From positions 96,001-160,000 of the forward strand of contig OY970368.1 in assembly GCA_963718615.1 (NCBI GenBank): DNA of 64,000 nt. The letters are read 5' to 3'. Shown piece by piece: positions 47,648 through 58,372 of the stretch. The position numbers and the translations under genes are program-made. Under the pieces are notes generated by a model that searched no databases, was not told the origin of the DNA, and was given only the letters and a program-made list of their open reading frames with translations. The stretch comes from an uncultured cyanobacterium (GTDB lineage Bacteria > Cyanobacteriota > Cyanobacteriia > PCC-9006 > JAAUQQ01). Positions within the stretch are counted from its first letter, which is position 1. The number at the start of each line of letters is the position of its first letter.

Positions 47648-49825
47648 CTACCGTGCTGTAAATTGATTAGAACCAAACAGCTTCACTTCGCTTGACTGAC
47701 CAAATTTTAGACCTCCTTTGCCGGTCGTCTTAATCTTAGGTAGTTTTCGAGTTTCGTTAACGACAATTCCAGCAATAGGTATTTGGTTGGCCCGCAAATT
47801 CTGCATTGCATCAACCATCGTATCTTTTACCGTATGGTTAGGTCTCACGACAAAGAGAACTCCATTGGAATACTGACCCATCGTCGTTGCATCAGAAGAT
47901 TGCGCCACAGGGGCAGCATCAATCAAAACCAAATCATAATACTTCGAGGCTTCTTCCACTAGAGACTTCATTCCAGCAGACTCGATTACAGTCGAGGGCC
48001 TACTCATTAATTCGCCACAGGGTAGGATATCGAGATTATCCAGTCCGCTTGGCTGTACTGCCTCTTGTAGTGTCACTTGCCCCTGAATAACATGGGCTAA
48101 ACCAACCGTTGAGGCGATCGGGAATAGCTCGCTTTGGAGTGGTTGTAGCAAGTCGGCATCAATAATAAGGGTGCGACGAGAAAGCATGGATGCCACAGCG
48201 GCAAGCCGAGCTACAACATCTGATTTACCCTCACTTTCTACTGTGCTAGTTACAACCAATACTTGAGCCTTACCATGGGGAGTAGAACCTAATACTGTTC
48301 TCAGTTCTATATTTTTGAGTAATCGACGATGCGGTTCAACCACTTCAGGAGAGTTCAAAAAATTTTCTAGCGGAAACTCTTCGTCGCTCCGAAGCAAATG
48401 AGCTTGCTGCTTGGGCAAAATACCCAGAACCGTTGCTTCAGTCGAACTTTCGATTTCTTGTGTATTGCGGACTGTATTGTTAAGAGCCTCTAGCAAAATT
48501 ACGACTGAGCTGGCTAATACTGCACCTCCGGCGATCGCTAAGGCTAAAACGACAGACAGTTTCGGATCGCTTGGTTCACCTGGCACCTCGGCCATGCCGA
48601 TAATTCGGACGTTGCTCAATAATTGAGCCTCAGCGATCTTAGCTTCCTGCAACTTACCTTGTAATAGATCTAGATTCTTTTGAATTTCAGTGCGCGCCCG
48701 CTCAATATTTTCAAGACGCTGTCTTCGACTGGGAACAGTAGCCAATTGAGTTTGTAAGAACTGACGATTTTTCTTAAGTAGTTCTAAATGATTGTCGAAA
48801 GCAGAGCTTTCGATCGTATTCAAAACATACCGAGAAATTAAATCTTGACTTAGCTGATCCTTAGCTTCTAAACCAGCAGGAATCGTCTTGAGAGAAGGAA
48901 CTAATTGAGATAATCGATTGGAATAGAGAGATTGCAGATCATTACGCTGTTGCAGCAAAGACTGAACCTGAGGATGCTGATCCTGAAACTTAGCGCGCGC
49001 AGCAATCACTTGAGTTTCAAGGTCAGTCAACCGAGTCTTCAGCGCATTCAGCTCGGGATCTTGACCGACACGAGAGGCAACATAGGCCCACTCAGGTGAC
49101 TGAAAGCCAGTCATTTGGCGTAGAAGGTTACCACGGGTTTTAGACTCTTGCAACTGGCCAGCAAGTGTACGCTCTTGATCTTGAATTTGCGATAGATTGT
49201 CCAAAAGTTTAGCAGTTTGTCCTTCGACATCAACAATGCCGTTCTCTTCACGAAATTTCGTTTCGAGAACTTCTGTCGCCTGGAGTTTAGCCTGTTCTTG
49301 TGGAATTTGCTGTTCTAAAAACTGGCGAATTGAGGAAGCTTCACTCCGAATATCTTCCGAACTTTGGGCAACAACCTCACCCGCAATCCGGTTAAGCAAA
49401 CTGGAGGTCAGCTTAGGATTACTATTTTTATAACTAATCTCAAGAATATTAGTAGCCGGAAGCACTGAAACGTCTAGATCCTGACTCAGGGTCCAAGGGT
49501 CCGGAAGTTGACTGGGATCGATACCTGAGGCCAAGGCTTCTTGCTGTAAAGCCTGATTCAGGACCCGTTGGGACTTCACCAATTCAGCTTGGGTTGCCAT
49601 AGGATCCGTGCTATTGGAAAACCGACCAGGGGGAGCCGTCAGGGCTTGACCAATCGCCGAAACGCTCACTTCTGGTTCTTCAACGGAAAGGCGTACAGAG
49701 GACTGATACGTTGGAGTAGCAGTTAATAAGTATAAAGCGGCTCCTCCCATGACAGAGGCAAACGCAAGAACCGCAGGAAACCAGTGACGCTTTATAGGGG
49801 GCAATACAGATGAAATCTGGTCCAT
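47648..49825 (-). CDS. Wzc/GumC polysaccharide co-polymerase with BY-kinase domain
   Basis: Two TM helices flanking a coiled-coil. Walker A-like ESEGKS, IIDADL, LIDAAP. Confidence 0.9.
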   Translation of the reverse strand: MDQISSVLPPIKRHWFPAVLAFASVMGGAALYLLTATPTYQSSVRLSVEEPEVSVSAIGQALTAPPGRFSNSTDPMATQAELVKSQRVLNQALQQEALASGIDPSQLPDPWTLSQDLDVSVLPATNILEISYKNSNPKLTSSLLNRIAGEVVAQSSEDIRSEASSIRQFLEQQIPQEQAKLQATEVLETKFREENGIVDVEGQTAKLLDNLSQIQDQERTLAGQLQESKTRGNLLRQMTGFQSPEWAYVASRVGQDPELNALKTRLTDLETQVIAARAKFQDQHPQVQSLLQQRNDLQSLYSNRLSQLVPSLKTIPAGLEAKDQLSQDLISRYVLNTIESSAFDNHLELLKKNRQFLQTQLATVPSRRQRLENIERARTEIQKNLDLLQGKLQEAKIAEAQLLSNVRIIGMAEVPGEPSDPKLSVVLALAIAGGAVLASSVVILLEALNNTVRNTQEIESSTEATVLGILPKQQAHLLRSDEEFPLENFLNSPEVVEPHRRLLKNIELRTVLGSTPHGKAQVLVVTSTVESEGKSDVVARLAAVASMLSRRTLIIDADLLQPLQSELFPIASTVGLAHVIQGQVTLQEAVQPSGLDNLDILPCGELMSRPSTVIESAGMKSLVEEASKYYDLVLIDAAPVAQSSDATTMGQYSNGVLFVVRPNHTVKDTMVDAMQNLRANQIPIAGIVVNETRKLPKIKTTGKGGLKFGQSSEVKLFGSNQFTAR

Positions 49826-49887
49826 AGTAATTTAGGCAGGAATAATGCGATTGACCTGATGGATTTAATGCATAACGGGTCGGTGAA

Positions 49888-51099
49888 CTACCCCCCAGAC
49901 ACAGAAACTTTGTTTTTCTGTGTAATTATTCCCTGAGGCTCGGCAATTATAACGGCTTTGCTAACCCCTGAAGAGCCCAGCAACATAGCATGCAGTTGGA
50001 GACTGTCACCGACGACCCTTTCCCAACTGTAGTGCTTGCGAACATAGGTTTGCGCATGAAGAGCCATTTCTGCCATCTCGCTTGGATGCGTCATAGCCCA
50101 GGATAGCTTACTTATACAGTCGTCTATGTCACCGGCCCGGAAAGTAAGACCGCGTAGGTCCCCTAAAAGTTGCTGATGTGGAGGGATGTCACTAGCAACA
50201 ATCGGTTTTCCCTCCTGCATGGCTTCTAACATGGCGAGCGGCAGTCCTTCAATGTCGGAAGGGAGCACAAAGAGACCTGCACCACGAATCACTTCCGCGA
50301 GGAAACGCCCTTTCAGAACACCGGTCAAGATGATGTTGGGATTATCGCCAGCCAAACTCAGTAGATGGTTTTGGAAGGCAGGAGTATCACTACTGCCCCC
50401 GACGATCGCGAGTTTCCAGCCCTGATTCTTTAACCGCTGAAAGGCTTGAATCAAAAGATCGGGACATTTCTCCGGCACAAGGCGACCTAAGAAGACTAAA
50501 TATTTACCCGGCTCTAACCCCAGGCTTCGACCAAACGCAAAGTCAGAATCCGAGGGAGCATACTGAGCTGGCCCATTAGGGATATAAATCGTTTCACGAC
50601 CGTGGGTTGTCCAAAAGTAGCGTCTGAGCTCTTTAGAGACCACTACGATTTCGTCGGCGTACCGCACTGCCAATTTTTCACCTAAACGAATCAGAAAGCT
50701 AGAGAGCTTACCCCATTTGACTCGCTGCCAATCTAGGCCATGGCAGAAAACGACGACTTTACACTGGCGTGCTAGATGAGGCAGCCAGCTAAATAATGCG
50801 GGGCCTAACGCATGAATATGAACAACATCGTATTGGCGGCCCAGACTTGCCAAAGCGCCTAATCCAGAACTAACAATTGCATCAGCGCCTTTAATGCCGG
50901 GTGGGGAGGGTAAAGAGACGACCCGAACACCGCAAAAGTCGTACTCTTCAAAAGACTGTAAATCGATATAGGATGAGCGGGCGTACAAATCCACTGAATG
51001 GCCTGCTGCCACCATCCGAGGATAGACCTCTGCGCAGTAGTGCTCGATCCCCCCTTGGCCTGGTGGTAAACCTTTAGCTCCAATAACAGCAATTTTCAT
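49888..51099 (-). CDS. Glycosyltransferase family 4
   Basis: MKIAVIGAKGLPPGQGGIE, GRLVPEK, EGLPLAMLEAM. Confidence 0.93.
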   Translation of the reverse strand: MKIAVIGAKGLPPGQGGIEHYCAEVYPRMVAAGHSVDLYARSSYIDLQSFEEYDFCGVRVVSLPSPPGIKGADAIVSSGLGALASLGRQYDVVHIHALGPALFSWLPHLARQCKVVVFCHGLDWQRVKWGKLSSFLIRLGEKLAVRYADEIVVVSKELRRYFWTTHGRETIYIPNGPAQYAPSDSDFAFGRSLGLEPGKYLVFLGRLVPEKCPDLLIQAFQRLKNQGWKLAIVGGSSDTPAFQNHLLSLAGDNPNIILTGVLKGRFLAEVIRGAGLFVLPSDIEGLPLAMLEAMQEGKPIVASDIPPHQQLLGDLRGLTFRAGDIDDCISKLSWAMTHPSEMAEMALHAQTYVRKHYSWERVVGDSLQLHAMLLGSSGVSKAVIIAEPQGIITQKNKVSVSGG

Positions 51100-51153
51100 T
51101 TCAGCGCACCTCAACTGCGTTTAGATCTAGCAACTGAAAACCTAGGGAAGGGA

Positions 51154-52380
51154 CTAGGAGGGCAAGTGGGTTTTCCATTGGAGCCACATTTGTTCATACA
51201 GTTCACCGACAACTTGCTTAGCCTGGTAGGGCTTGGCATCGAGCACACAGGCAGATGCGGGATAGAGCTCGGGATGCTCTAACACCTGAGACAGCGCATG
51301 GGCGATCGCCTCAGGCGTACGTTCATCACAAACAATGCCACTTTTCTCCGACAGTAGTTTCGGAGTCTCCCCACAACGGGTGCTAACCACCGGGGTCCCA
51401 CAGGCAAGGGCTTCGAGAACGACGAGGGGTAAGCCTTCGTACTGGCTAGTGAGTGCACAAACCTGAGCAATTTGATGAAGTTGAATCAGCTCCTCTTGGG
51501 GGACTGCCCCCAAAAAACTGACCGCAGAGGCGACGCCAAGACGCTGGGCTTCCGCCTCAGCCGCCTCTCGCAATTCGCCATCCCCCGCAATTAAGAGGTG
51601 GACATGGGGAATACGAATCTGTGCCAAGGATTGGATCAGCAGCAAGGGATCTTTTTGAGGATGAAGGCGTCCCGCGAATAAAATATATTGCGTATTTAAC
51701 GGAAGACCCAAACGCTGAGAAAAGGCGTAACGTGTGGTTTCCTCAATCTCTGGGGGAAGCGGCTTGAATAAATCGTTGTCTACCGTATTTCGAACTAATG
51801 CCACCCGGTGGGCAAGATCGGGGTAGCGATCGCAATAAAATTGCTTGGACTCAGAGTTGCAGGATAAAATTTGACTAAAGCCAGGCAGCAAAAACCGCTC
51901 TAGGGCAAGATAAGCCTGGGGCAGTTTACGCCAAAGAATTCCAGCCGTTTCTTGCTTATCCCCCGGTTGGCGGGTGCTCATGACTTGGCGATGAATGTCG
52001 TTATGGACAAACAGCGTTTTTTTCCCTGACCATCGCAGAGCCGCCAGACCCGGCTCCAAACGATGGAAATGCATGAAATCTGAGGCCAAATGCTTCTTCA
52101 TCAGCGCCAGCGTGTAGCGCAGCGTGGTGGGAATCCAGTGACGACGATTGTCGTCTTCAATGTAGAACAGCGGCATGAAGAGAACCTCGCGCCCCTTGAG
52201 CTGGTTTTCATGCCAGACACCGGTTTTTAGGGTGCGATCGCTAGTTATCCCCACCACACGCAAGCGAAAGTCCTCGGGTGCGTATTTGAGGCAGGAACCA
52301 ATAATCGTTTGAATTCCCCCAATCGTCGCATTCCAGGGATCATACTGATAAAAAATTGTTAATACGGGCTTACGCATCAC
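51154..52380 (-). CDS. Glycosyltransferase family 4
   Basis: GGIQT, FAGRLHPQKD, EGLPLVVLEALACGTPVV. Confidence 0.93.
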   Translation of the reverse strand: MMRKPVLTIFYQYDPWNATIGGIQTIIGSCLKYAPEDFRLRVVGITSDRTLKTGVWHENQLKGREVLFMPLFYIEDDNRRHWIPTTLRYTLALMKKHLASDFMHFHRLEPGLAALRWSGKKTLFVHNDIHRQVMSTRQPGDKQETAGILWRKLPQAYLALERFLLPGFSQILSCNSESKQFYCDRYPDLAHRVALVRNTVDNDLFKPLPPEIEETTRYAFSQRLGLPLNTQYILFAGRLHPQKDPLLLIQSLAQIRIPHVHLLIAGDGELREAAEAEAQRLGVASAVSFLGAVPQEELIQLHQIAQVCALTSQYEGLPLVVLEALACGTPVVSTRCGETPKLLSEKSGIVCDERTPEAIAHALSQVLEHPELYPASACVLDAKPYQAKQVVGELYEQMWLQWKTHLPS

Positions 52381-52852
52381 TTACTCCGGTTAACGGTCTT
52401 GCTGATTGCCGCAACAGAAGTAGCTGCCAAAACAACTCCCGACTCTTGCTTCTTCGGAGTACAGGTCCCAAAACACTTGCTTGAGGCTCGTAGAAAACCA
52501 TATATATTCAAATATAAAACCCAATAAAACTGCGATTACTGCTTCCAAGGTGTGCTGGCTCTTAGAGGTTTCTCAGTGTGACTAGAGACCTTTAGAGCAA
52601 CATGTTCAAGCAACGGGTCCGGGCAACGGGTTCGAGCCATGTGACTGAGGACGGCTGAACTGAGTCACCCCATTGACTGAACCGACTGGAACTAGTTAAG
52701 CAGTCAAGCAGCCACAATTTTGTTCATCAAGTCACCGAGTTTGCAGAGCTGGCAGCATCATGACGTTCCTCTCGCAGGCTGCGACTTTATACCGCATTAT
52801 TCTATCGACCATTGAAGCAGGTACGGTCTACACAACTCCAGGCTTGACCATT

Positions 52853-52881
52853 TCTTATACAGGAGGACCTCCTGTATGAGA
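52853..52881. promoter_or_regulatory. Near-perfect 14-bp inverted repeat in the divergent EPS promoter region
   Basis: TCTTATACAGGAGG-A-CCTCCTGTATGAGA (one mismatch). Confidence 0.4.
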
Positions 52882-53470
52882 CTTTTGTAAAGGAGAAGCA
52901 AGATTTGCGTGATTTTACCTCTCGCATAGGCTAAATATCTCCACCAAAGCCAAGTTGGGATACACGGGTCTAGGCTCATAACCTGGATCAGTCTAAAATT
53001 TGAACACTCAAGTTTAAGTACCCTTTAAGAATAGAAAGACGAATATGTAGCCCAGATAAAGCCCAACCAGATCTGGGTCAACCCTAGGGAACTGCCGATG
53101 CTTGCAGGTATAATCTGGTGCGGACTCATTGCCTACATGACTTTGTTTCCTAGACCTATGGCTTGTCTAGCCATAATTCTTTGAAGTAAACCTCAAGTGA
53201 ACTGGGTATTTTAGATTTAGCATCTTTAGCTTTCCCATAGGTTACCCATAGAGAGAGCAAGTCTTAAAGCCCCAATGGCTATTTTTGTAATTTTGTCAAT
53301 CTATTGATTTTCAGCAATCCCTATGGGGGCTGATCTTTGATTGAATCTTGACACTCGCATCGCTGGGCAATCCTTTAGCAAGGAGGAAGCCGCTTAGGTT
53401 GAACACATTATTGAACATAGAAACTTTAGACTACCTAGCTATCGAGTAAATTTCGGGAGATTTATTTTCT

Positions 53471-54256
53471 ATGAAAGCCGTTCTATTTGCTGGCGGTTTA
53501 GGAACTCGTTTGAGTGAAGAGACGAGTGTACGCCCTAAGCCCATGGTTGAAATCGGAGGACGCCCGATCCTCTGGCACATCATGAAAACCTACTCGTCCC
53601 ATGGCATTAACGAATTCGTGATTTGCTGTGGTTACAAGGGGTATGTCATCAAGGAATATTTTGCCAATTATTTCCTTCACATGTCAGATGTCACCTTTGA
53701 CATGGTCGAAAATCGGATGACCGTTCATGAGCGTAGTGTTGAACCTTGGCAAGTGACACTAGTTGATACAGGACTCAACACCATGACTGGTGGACGACTT
53801 AAGCGCGTCCGTGAATACATTGGTGATGAGACCTTTTGTCTGACCTATGGAGATGGCGTTGCCGATGTAGACATAACGTCACTCGTTGAATTCCACCAAC
53901 AAAAAGGCATGTTGGCTACCATGACGACGGTTCAACCGCCCGGTCGATTTGGTGCTATTTCGCTGCGAAAGGATGAGACCACAATCCATAGCTTCCAGGA
54001 GAAGCCCGATGGGGACGGTGCCTGGGTCAACGGTGGCTATTTTGTTTTAGAGCCGGAGGTCATCGACTATGTTGCCGACGACACGACGGTTTGGGAGCAG
54101 GAGCCCCTCGAAAAGTTAGCCCAGATGGGTCAATTGTCGGCCTTCAAACATAGCGGCTTTTGGCATCCCATGGATACGCTGCGGGATAAGCAACATCTCG
54201 AAAACCTTTGGAAGTCGAGCAGTGCCCCTTGGAAAGTTTGGGAAGATCTTCGGTAG
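53471..54256 (+). CDS. rfbF: Glucose-1-phosphate cytidylyltransferase
   Basis: AGGLGTRLSEET..PKPMVEIG, TMTGGRLKR, TYGDG, FWHPMDTLRD. Confidence 0.95.
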   Translation: MKAVLFAGGLGTRLSEETSVRPKPMVEIGGRPILWHIMKTYSSHGINEFVICCGYKGYVIKEYFANYFLHMSDVTFDMVENRMTVHERSVEPWQVTLVDTGLNTMTGGRLKRVREYIGDETFCLTYGDGVADVDITSLVEFHQQKGMLATMTTVQPPGRFGAISLRKDETTIHSFQEKPDGDGAWVNGGYFVLEPEVIDYVADDTTVWEQEPLEKLAQMGQLSAFKHSGFWHPMDTLRDKQHLENLWKSSSAPWKVWEDLR

Positions 54257-54343
54257 GGAACGGGCGATCGCCTTTTCTATAGGTTTTCTATAGACAGATG
54301 AACGATAGACGGATGAACTTGAGTTAGGAGTAAAAGAATCTCA

Positions 54344-55570
54344 ATGACTTATGATTACGCGATTGTCGGTGGTGGCATCGTTGGTCTTTCAGTTGCAATG
54401 ACGCTGGGTCAACGCTTTCCGGATTCTAAAATTTTGGTTTTAGAAAAAGAGTCGGAATGGGCTCACCACCAAACGGGCAACAACAGCGGCGTCATCCACT
54501 CAGGCATTTACTACAAACCGGGGAGCTTCAAGGCAAAATTCTGCCGAGAGGGAGCACAGTCCATGGTGAGATTTTGTGAAACTCATCAGATTCCCCACGA
54601 AGTTTGCGGCAAGGTCATTATTGCCACGGAAGAGCAAGAGCTGACTCGGCTCGAAAATCTTTATGAGCGGGGCATGCAGAACGGCCTCCCCGTTAAAAAA
54701 ATTACGGCGGAAGAGGTTAAAGAGTACGAGCCCCATGTGAGCGCGATCGCCGGTATCTGGGTGGAGTCCACAGGGATTGCAGACTACCGGAAAGTCTGCC
54801 TCAAGTACGTTGAGATTGCCCAGGCTCAGGGGGCGGATTTACGCCTGAAGACAAAGGTAGAGCGGATTGTTAAGGGCGATCGCGAACAAATCCTCGAAAC
54901 CAATCAGGGCAGTTTTAAAGCCAAGTTTTTGGTCAATTGTGCCGGATTGCAGAGCGATCGCATCGCCAAGCTCGACCAAGTGGATCCCCAGGCCAAAATC
55001 GTTCCCTTCCGAGGCGAGTACTACGAACTCACCCCTGAAAAGCGGCATTTGGTCAAAGGACTGATCTATCCAGTCCCCAATCCAGCCTTCCCGTTTCTTG
55101 GGGTCCATTTCACCCGTATGGTCGATGGCTCCGTTCATGCAGGCCCCAATGCAGTTCTCAGCCTTAAGCGAGAGGGCTATCACAAAACAGACTTCGACTT
55201 GCGTGATTTTGCGGAAGTAATGACTTATCCTGGTTTTTGGAAGCTGGCGGCCAAACATGCGGATGAGGGCATCAAAGAAATCATTCGTTCCTTTAGCAAA
55301 GCGGCTTTTGTCCATAGCCTACAGCGGTTAATCCCGGAGGTGCAGATGGCAGACGTAGTTCCAACCCATGCGGGGGTTCGAGCCCAAGCCCTGATGAATT
55401 CTGGAACGTTGGTGGAGGATTTTCTCATCGTCCAAGGCGAACAGTCGATCCATATCTGTAATGCGCCTTCTCCGGCAGCAACCTCTTCCCTAGAGATTGG
55501 CAAGGCCGTGGTGGAGCAAATTGCTCAAATTCAGGGCGCGATCGCAGCAACCGCATTGTCAGCGTCTTGA
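54344..55570 (+). CDS. lhgO: L-2-hydroxyglutarate oxidase-like FAD oxidoreductase
   Basis: GGGIVG, HQTGNNSGVIHSGIYY, PFRGEYY, FPFLGVHFT, NAPSPAATSS. Confidence 0.85.
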   Translation: MTYDYAIVGGGIVGLSVAMTLGQRFPDSKILVLEKESEWAHHQTGNNSGVIHSGIYYKPGSFKAKFCREGAQSMVRFCETHQIPHEVCGKVIIATEEQELTRLENLYERGMQNGLPVKKITAEEVKEYEPHVSAIAGIWVESTGIADYRKVCLKYVEIAQAQGADLRLKTKVERIVKGDREQILETNQGSFKAKFLVNCAGLQSDRIAKLDQVDPQAKIVPFRGEYYELTPEKRHLVKGLIYPVPNPAFPFLGVHFTRMVDGSVHAGPNAVLSLKREGYHKTDFDLRDFAEVMTYPGFWKLAAKHADEGIKEIIRSFSKAAFVHSLQRLIPEVQMADVVPTHAGVRAQALMNSGTLVEDFLIVQGEQSIHICNAPSPAATSSLEIGKAVVEQIAQIQGAIAATALSAS

Positions 55571-55681
55571 CCCCCTCTGATTACCTACAGAGCCAATTAC
55601 CTAAGATCCGATTACCTAAAGATCTGAAATTTCCTGGATCTGACTACATCTGACTCACCTAAATCCTAAATCTTTAAACTT

Positions 55682-56704
55682 ATGAAAGTTCTGGTGACTG
55701 GAACCGAAGGTTATCTCGGTTGTTTGCTGGCTCCCATGCTGATGGAGCGCGGCCATGAGGTTACAGCGGTTGATACTGGTTTTTACAAGTCCGGCTGGCT
55801 TTACAACGGCACGGGTAAAACCGCTAAAACCCTAACCAAGGATATTCGCAATATTGAACTCGAAGACCTAGCAGGAATTGAAGCCATCGTTCACATGGCT
55901 GAGCTCTCTAATGACCCCACTGGTCAGCTTTCGCCCACGATTACCTACGACATTAACCATAAGGGTTCGGTTCGTCTGGCGGAACTGGCCAAGCAAGCAG
56001 GGGTACGCCGGTTTGTGTATATGTCCTCCTGTAGCGTTTACGGCGTTGCCACCGACGGAGACATTACCGAAGCATCGCCGGTCAATCCGCAAACCGCCTA
56101 CGCTGAGTGCAAAACCTTCGTCGAGCGGGATTTGCAGCCAATGGCAGATGATGATTTCTCGCCCACGTTCATGCGGAACGCCACGGCCTTTGGGGCGTCG
56201 CCTCGGATGCGGTTTGACATCGTCGTCAACAACCTCTCGGGTCTGGCTTGGACCACGAAAGAAATCAAAATGAGCAGCGACGGCACCCCCTGGCGTCCGC
56301 TCGTCCATGCTCTGGATATTGCCAAGTCGATTTACTGTGTTCTGGAAGCACCGCGCGACATCATCCACAATCAAATCTTCAATGTGGGCGACACCAGCAA
56401 TAACTACCAGGTGCGACAGATTGCCGAAATTATTGCCGCTGAGTTCCCCGGTTGTAGCCTCAGCTTTGGCGAGAACGGAGCCGACAACCGCAGTTACCGG
56501 GTTTCCTTCGACAAGATCAACAGCCAACTACCCGGCTTCAAGTGTGACTGGAACGTCGAGCGAGGCGCAAAGCAACTTCACAAAGTCTTTGCCCAAATTG
56601 ACATGACCCAGGAGATGTTTGAGTCCCGTGGCTTTACCCGCCTCAAGCAGTTGGAATATCTCATCCGGACCCAGCAAATCGATCAAGACTTTTTCTGGAA
56701 GTAA
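55682..56704 (+). CDS. NAD-dependent NDP-sugar epimerase/dehydratase (extended SDR)
   Basis: TGTEGYLG, SSCSVYG, YAECK (YxxxK), WRPLVH. Confidence 0.9.
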   Translation: MKVLVTGTEGYLGCLLAPMLMERGHEVTAVDTGFYKSGWLYNGTGKTAKTLTKDIRNIELEDLAGIEAIVHMAELSNDPTGQLSPTITYDINHKGSVRLAELAKQAGVRRFVYMSSCSVYGVATDGDITEASPVNPQTAYAECKTFVERDLQPMADDDFSPTFMRNATAFGASPRMRFDIVVNNLSGLAWTTKEIKMSSDGTPWRPLVHALDIAKSIYCVLEAPRDIIHNQIFNVGDTSNNYQVRQIAEIIAAEFPGCSLSFGENGADNRSYRVSFDKINSQLPGFKCDWNVERGAKQLHKVFAQIDMTQEMFESRGFTRLKQLEYLIRTQQIDQDFFWK

Positions 56705-56782
56705 CTCCAAAAGCGACCCAGCAGCTCATCCTGGTCGTCAATCTTGTCGTCAACCCTGGTAGTCAAATCTAGAGACAAACTG

Positions 56783-57310
56783 ATGCTGTTTACCGAAACC
56801 AAGCTGAAAGGCGCATTTATCATTGACCTGGAAATGCGTGAGGACGATCGCGGCGGCTTTGCCCGCACCTTCTGTTCCAAGGAATTTGAAGCGCACGGCA
56901 TTAAACCCACCTTTGTGCAGTGCAATCTCTCGTTTAACTACAAAGCCGGTACCCTCAGGGGCATGCATTATCAAGTTGCACCGGCCTGCGAAACCAAGCT
57001 GGTGCGCTGCACCCAAGGCGCAATTTACGATGTCATCATCGACATGCGTCCGGACTCGCCCACGTACATGCAGCATATTGGGGTAGAGCTGACCGCCGAG
57101 AATCACCGGGCGCTGTTGGTTCCCGAAATGTTTGCCCATGGTTACCAGGCGCTGACCGATGGGGCCGAAGTGGTCTATCAGGTGGGCGAGTTTTATACTC
57201 CCGGCTATGAACGCGGTCTTCGCTACGACGATCCGGCCTTTGGCATCGAATGGCCCATGGAAGTAACCGTCATCTCCGAAAAGGATGCAGCTTGGTCCCT
57301 GTTTGAATAA
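56783..57310 (+). CDS. rfbC: NDP-4-keto-sugar 3,5-epimerase (RmlC/RfbC cupin)
   Basis: DDRGGFAR, GTLRGMHYQ, KLVRC, DMRPDSPT, FAHGYQAL, SEKD. ATG 56783. Confidence 0.9.
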   Translation: MLFTETKLKGAFIIDLEMREDDRGGFARTFCSKEFEAHGIKPTFVQCNLSFNYKAGTLRGMHYQVAPACETKLVRCTQGAIYDVIIDMRPDSPTYMQHIGVELTAENHRALLVPEMFAHGYQALTDGAEVVYQVGEFYTPGYERGLRYDDPAFGIEWPMEVTVISEKDAAWSLFE

Positions 57311-57340
57311 TCGTTTGAATGCGCATATGTCCCATCCATC

Positions 57341-58294
57341 ATGAAGCTCAGCGTAATTCTCCCTTGCCATAACGGAGCGGCGACGATCGCTCAGCAGCTC
57401 GATGCCCTCGTGGCTCAGCAGTATGCGGGCGAGTGGGAAATGATTGTGGTGAATAATGGTTCGACGGATGAATCGGTAGCGATCGCCCAACAATATAGCG
57501 ATCGCCTCCCCCAATTCCGCATCGTTGATGCCCATCACCCTCCCGAACCCTTACTCGGGGTCACCCATTCCTACAACGTGGGTCTCCAAGCCGCGACTGG
57601 CGATGCCTTTGTCTTTTGCGAAGCGGATGACGAAGTGGGTCCGGCATGGCTGGCGAGTGCCGCCCAAGGTCTAGAGCAAGCAGACTGTGTGGCGGGTCCG
57701 TTGGATCACACCAAGCTCAATCCCCCTTGGCTCTTCAAAACCTTTGGCCCTGGAACTCAGTTAGATGAACTGCCTCGGTTTTATCTGATGAAGGAGTTAA
57801 CCTACGCCTCAGGCTGCAACCTAGGTTTTCGTCGTGCTGTCTATGAAGCCTTAGGTCCGATTGACGAGTCCATTCGCTATGTTTGGGATACAGAGTTTTG
57901 CTGGAACATCCAGCTTTCAGGTTTTACGCTCAAGCTGGTGCCCGGTATGCTGGTTCACTATCGCTTACCCACCTCCTTGGCCAAAATCTATCGCAGAAGT
58001 TTTCTCTGGTGTGTCGAAACGGTTGATTTGCAGCGACGGTTCCGGCGACCCAATGCCCCCTTTTGGTACCTACGGGTTACCTATTGGGTGATTAAGAATG
58101 CCCTAAGGCTCGCGGTGGGATGGATCACCTATCCCCTGGTTCGTTCCAAGGGCAATATCGCCAAAGCCTTGTATGAACTGGGAGGATGCCTAGGTCGATT
58201 TCAGGGCAATCGCCAATACGGCCCTCTGCCCACCTCCCGAAAATCAGAGCCTGCCATCTCGCTCGATGAACGCAAAGAAATCAGTGCCCTATAA
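57341..58294 (+). CDS. Glycosyltransferase family 2
   Basis: LSVILPCHNG, VNNGSTD, FCEADD (variant DxD). Confidence 0.88.
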   Translation: MKLSVILPCHNGAATIAQQLDALVAQQYAGEWEMIVVNNGSTDESVAIAQQYSDRLPQFRIVDAHHPPEPLLGVTHSYNVGLQAATGDAFVFCEADDEVGPAWLASAAQGLEQADCVAGPLDHTKLNPPWLFKTFGPGTQLDELPRFYLMKELTYASGCNLGFRRAVYEALGPIDESIRYVWDTEFCWNIQLSGFTLKLVPGMLVHYRLPTSLAKIYRRSFLWCVETVDLQRRFRRPNAPFWYLRVTYWVIKNALRLAVGWITYPLVRSKGNIAKALYELGGCLGRFQGNRQYGPLPTSRKSEPAISLDERKEISAL

Positions 58295-58372
58295 CGCAGC
58301 CTAAGCTGCTTAACCGGTCAACCATCAGGACTTAGCGTTCCGCTTTATCAAAACTATCCAAAGAAGAATCCT

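Noticed and set aside
55868-57538. 219-aa and 262-aa minus-strand ORFs
   Set aside because: Antisense shadows of the SDR, rfbC and GT2 genes.
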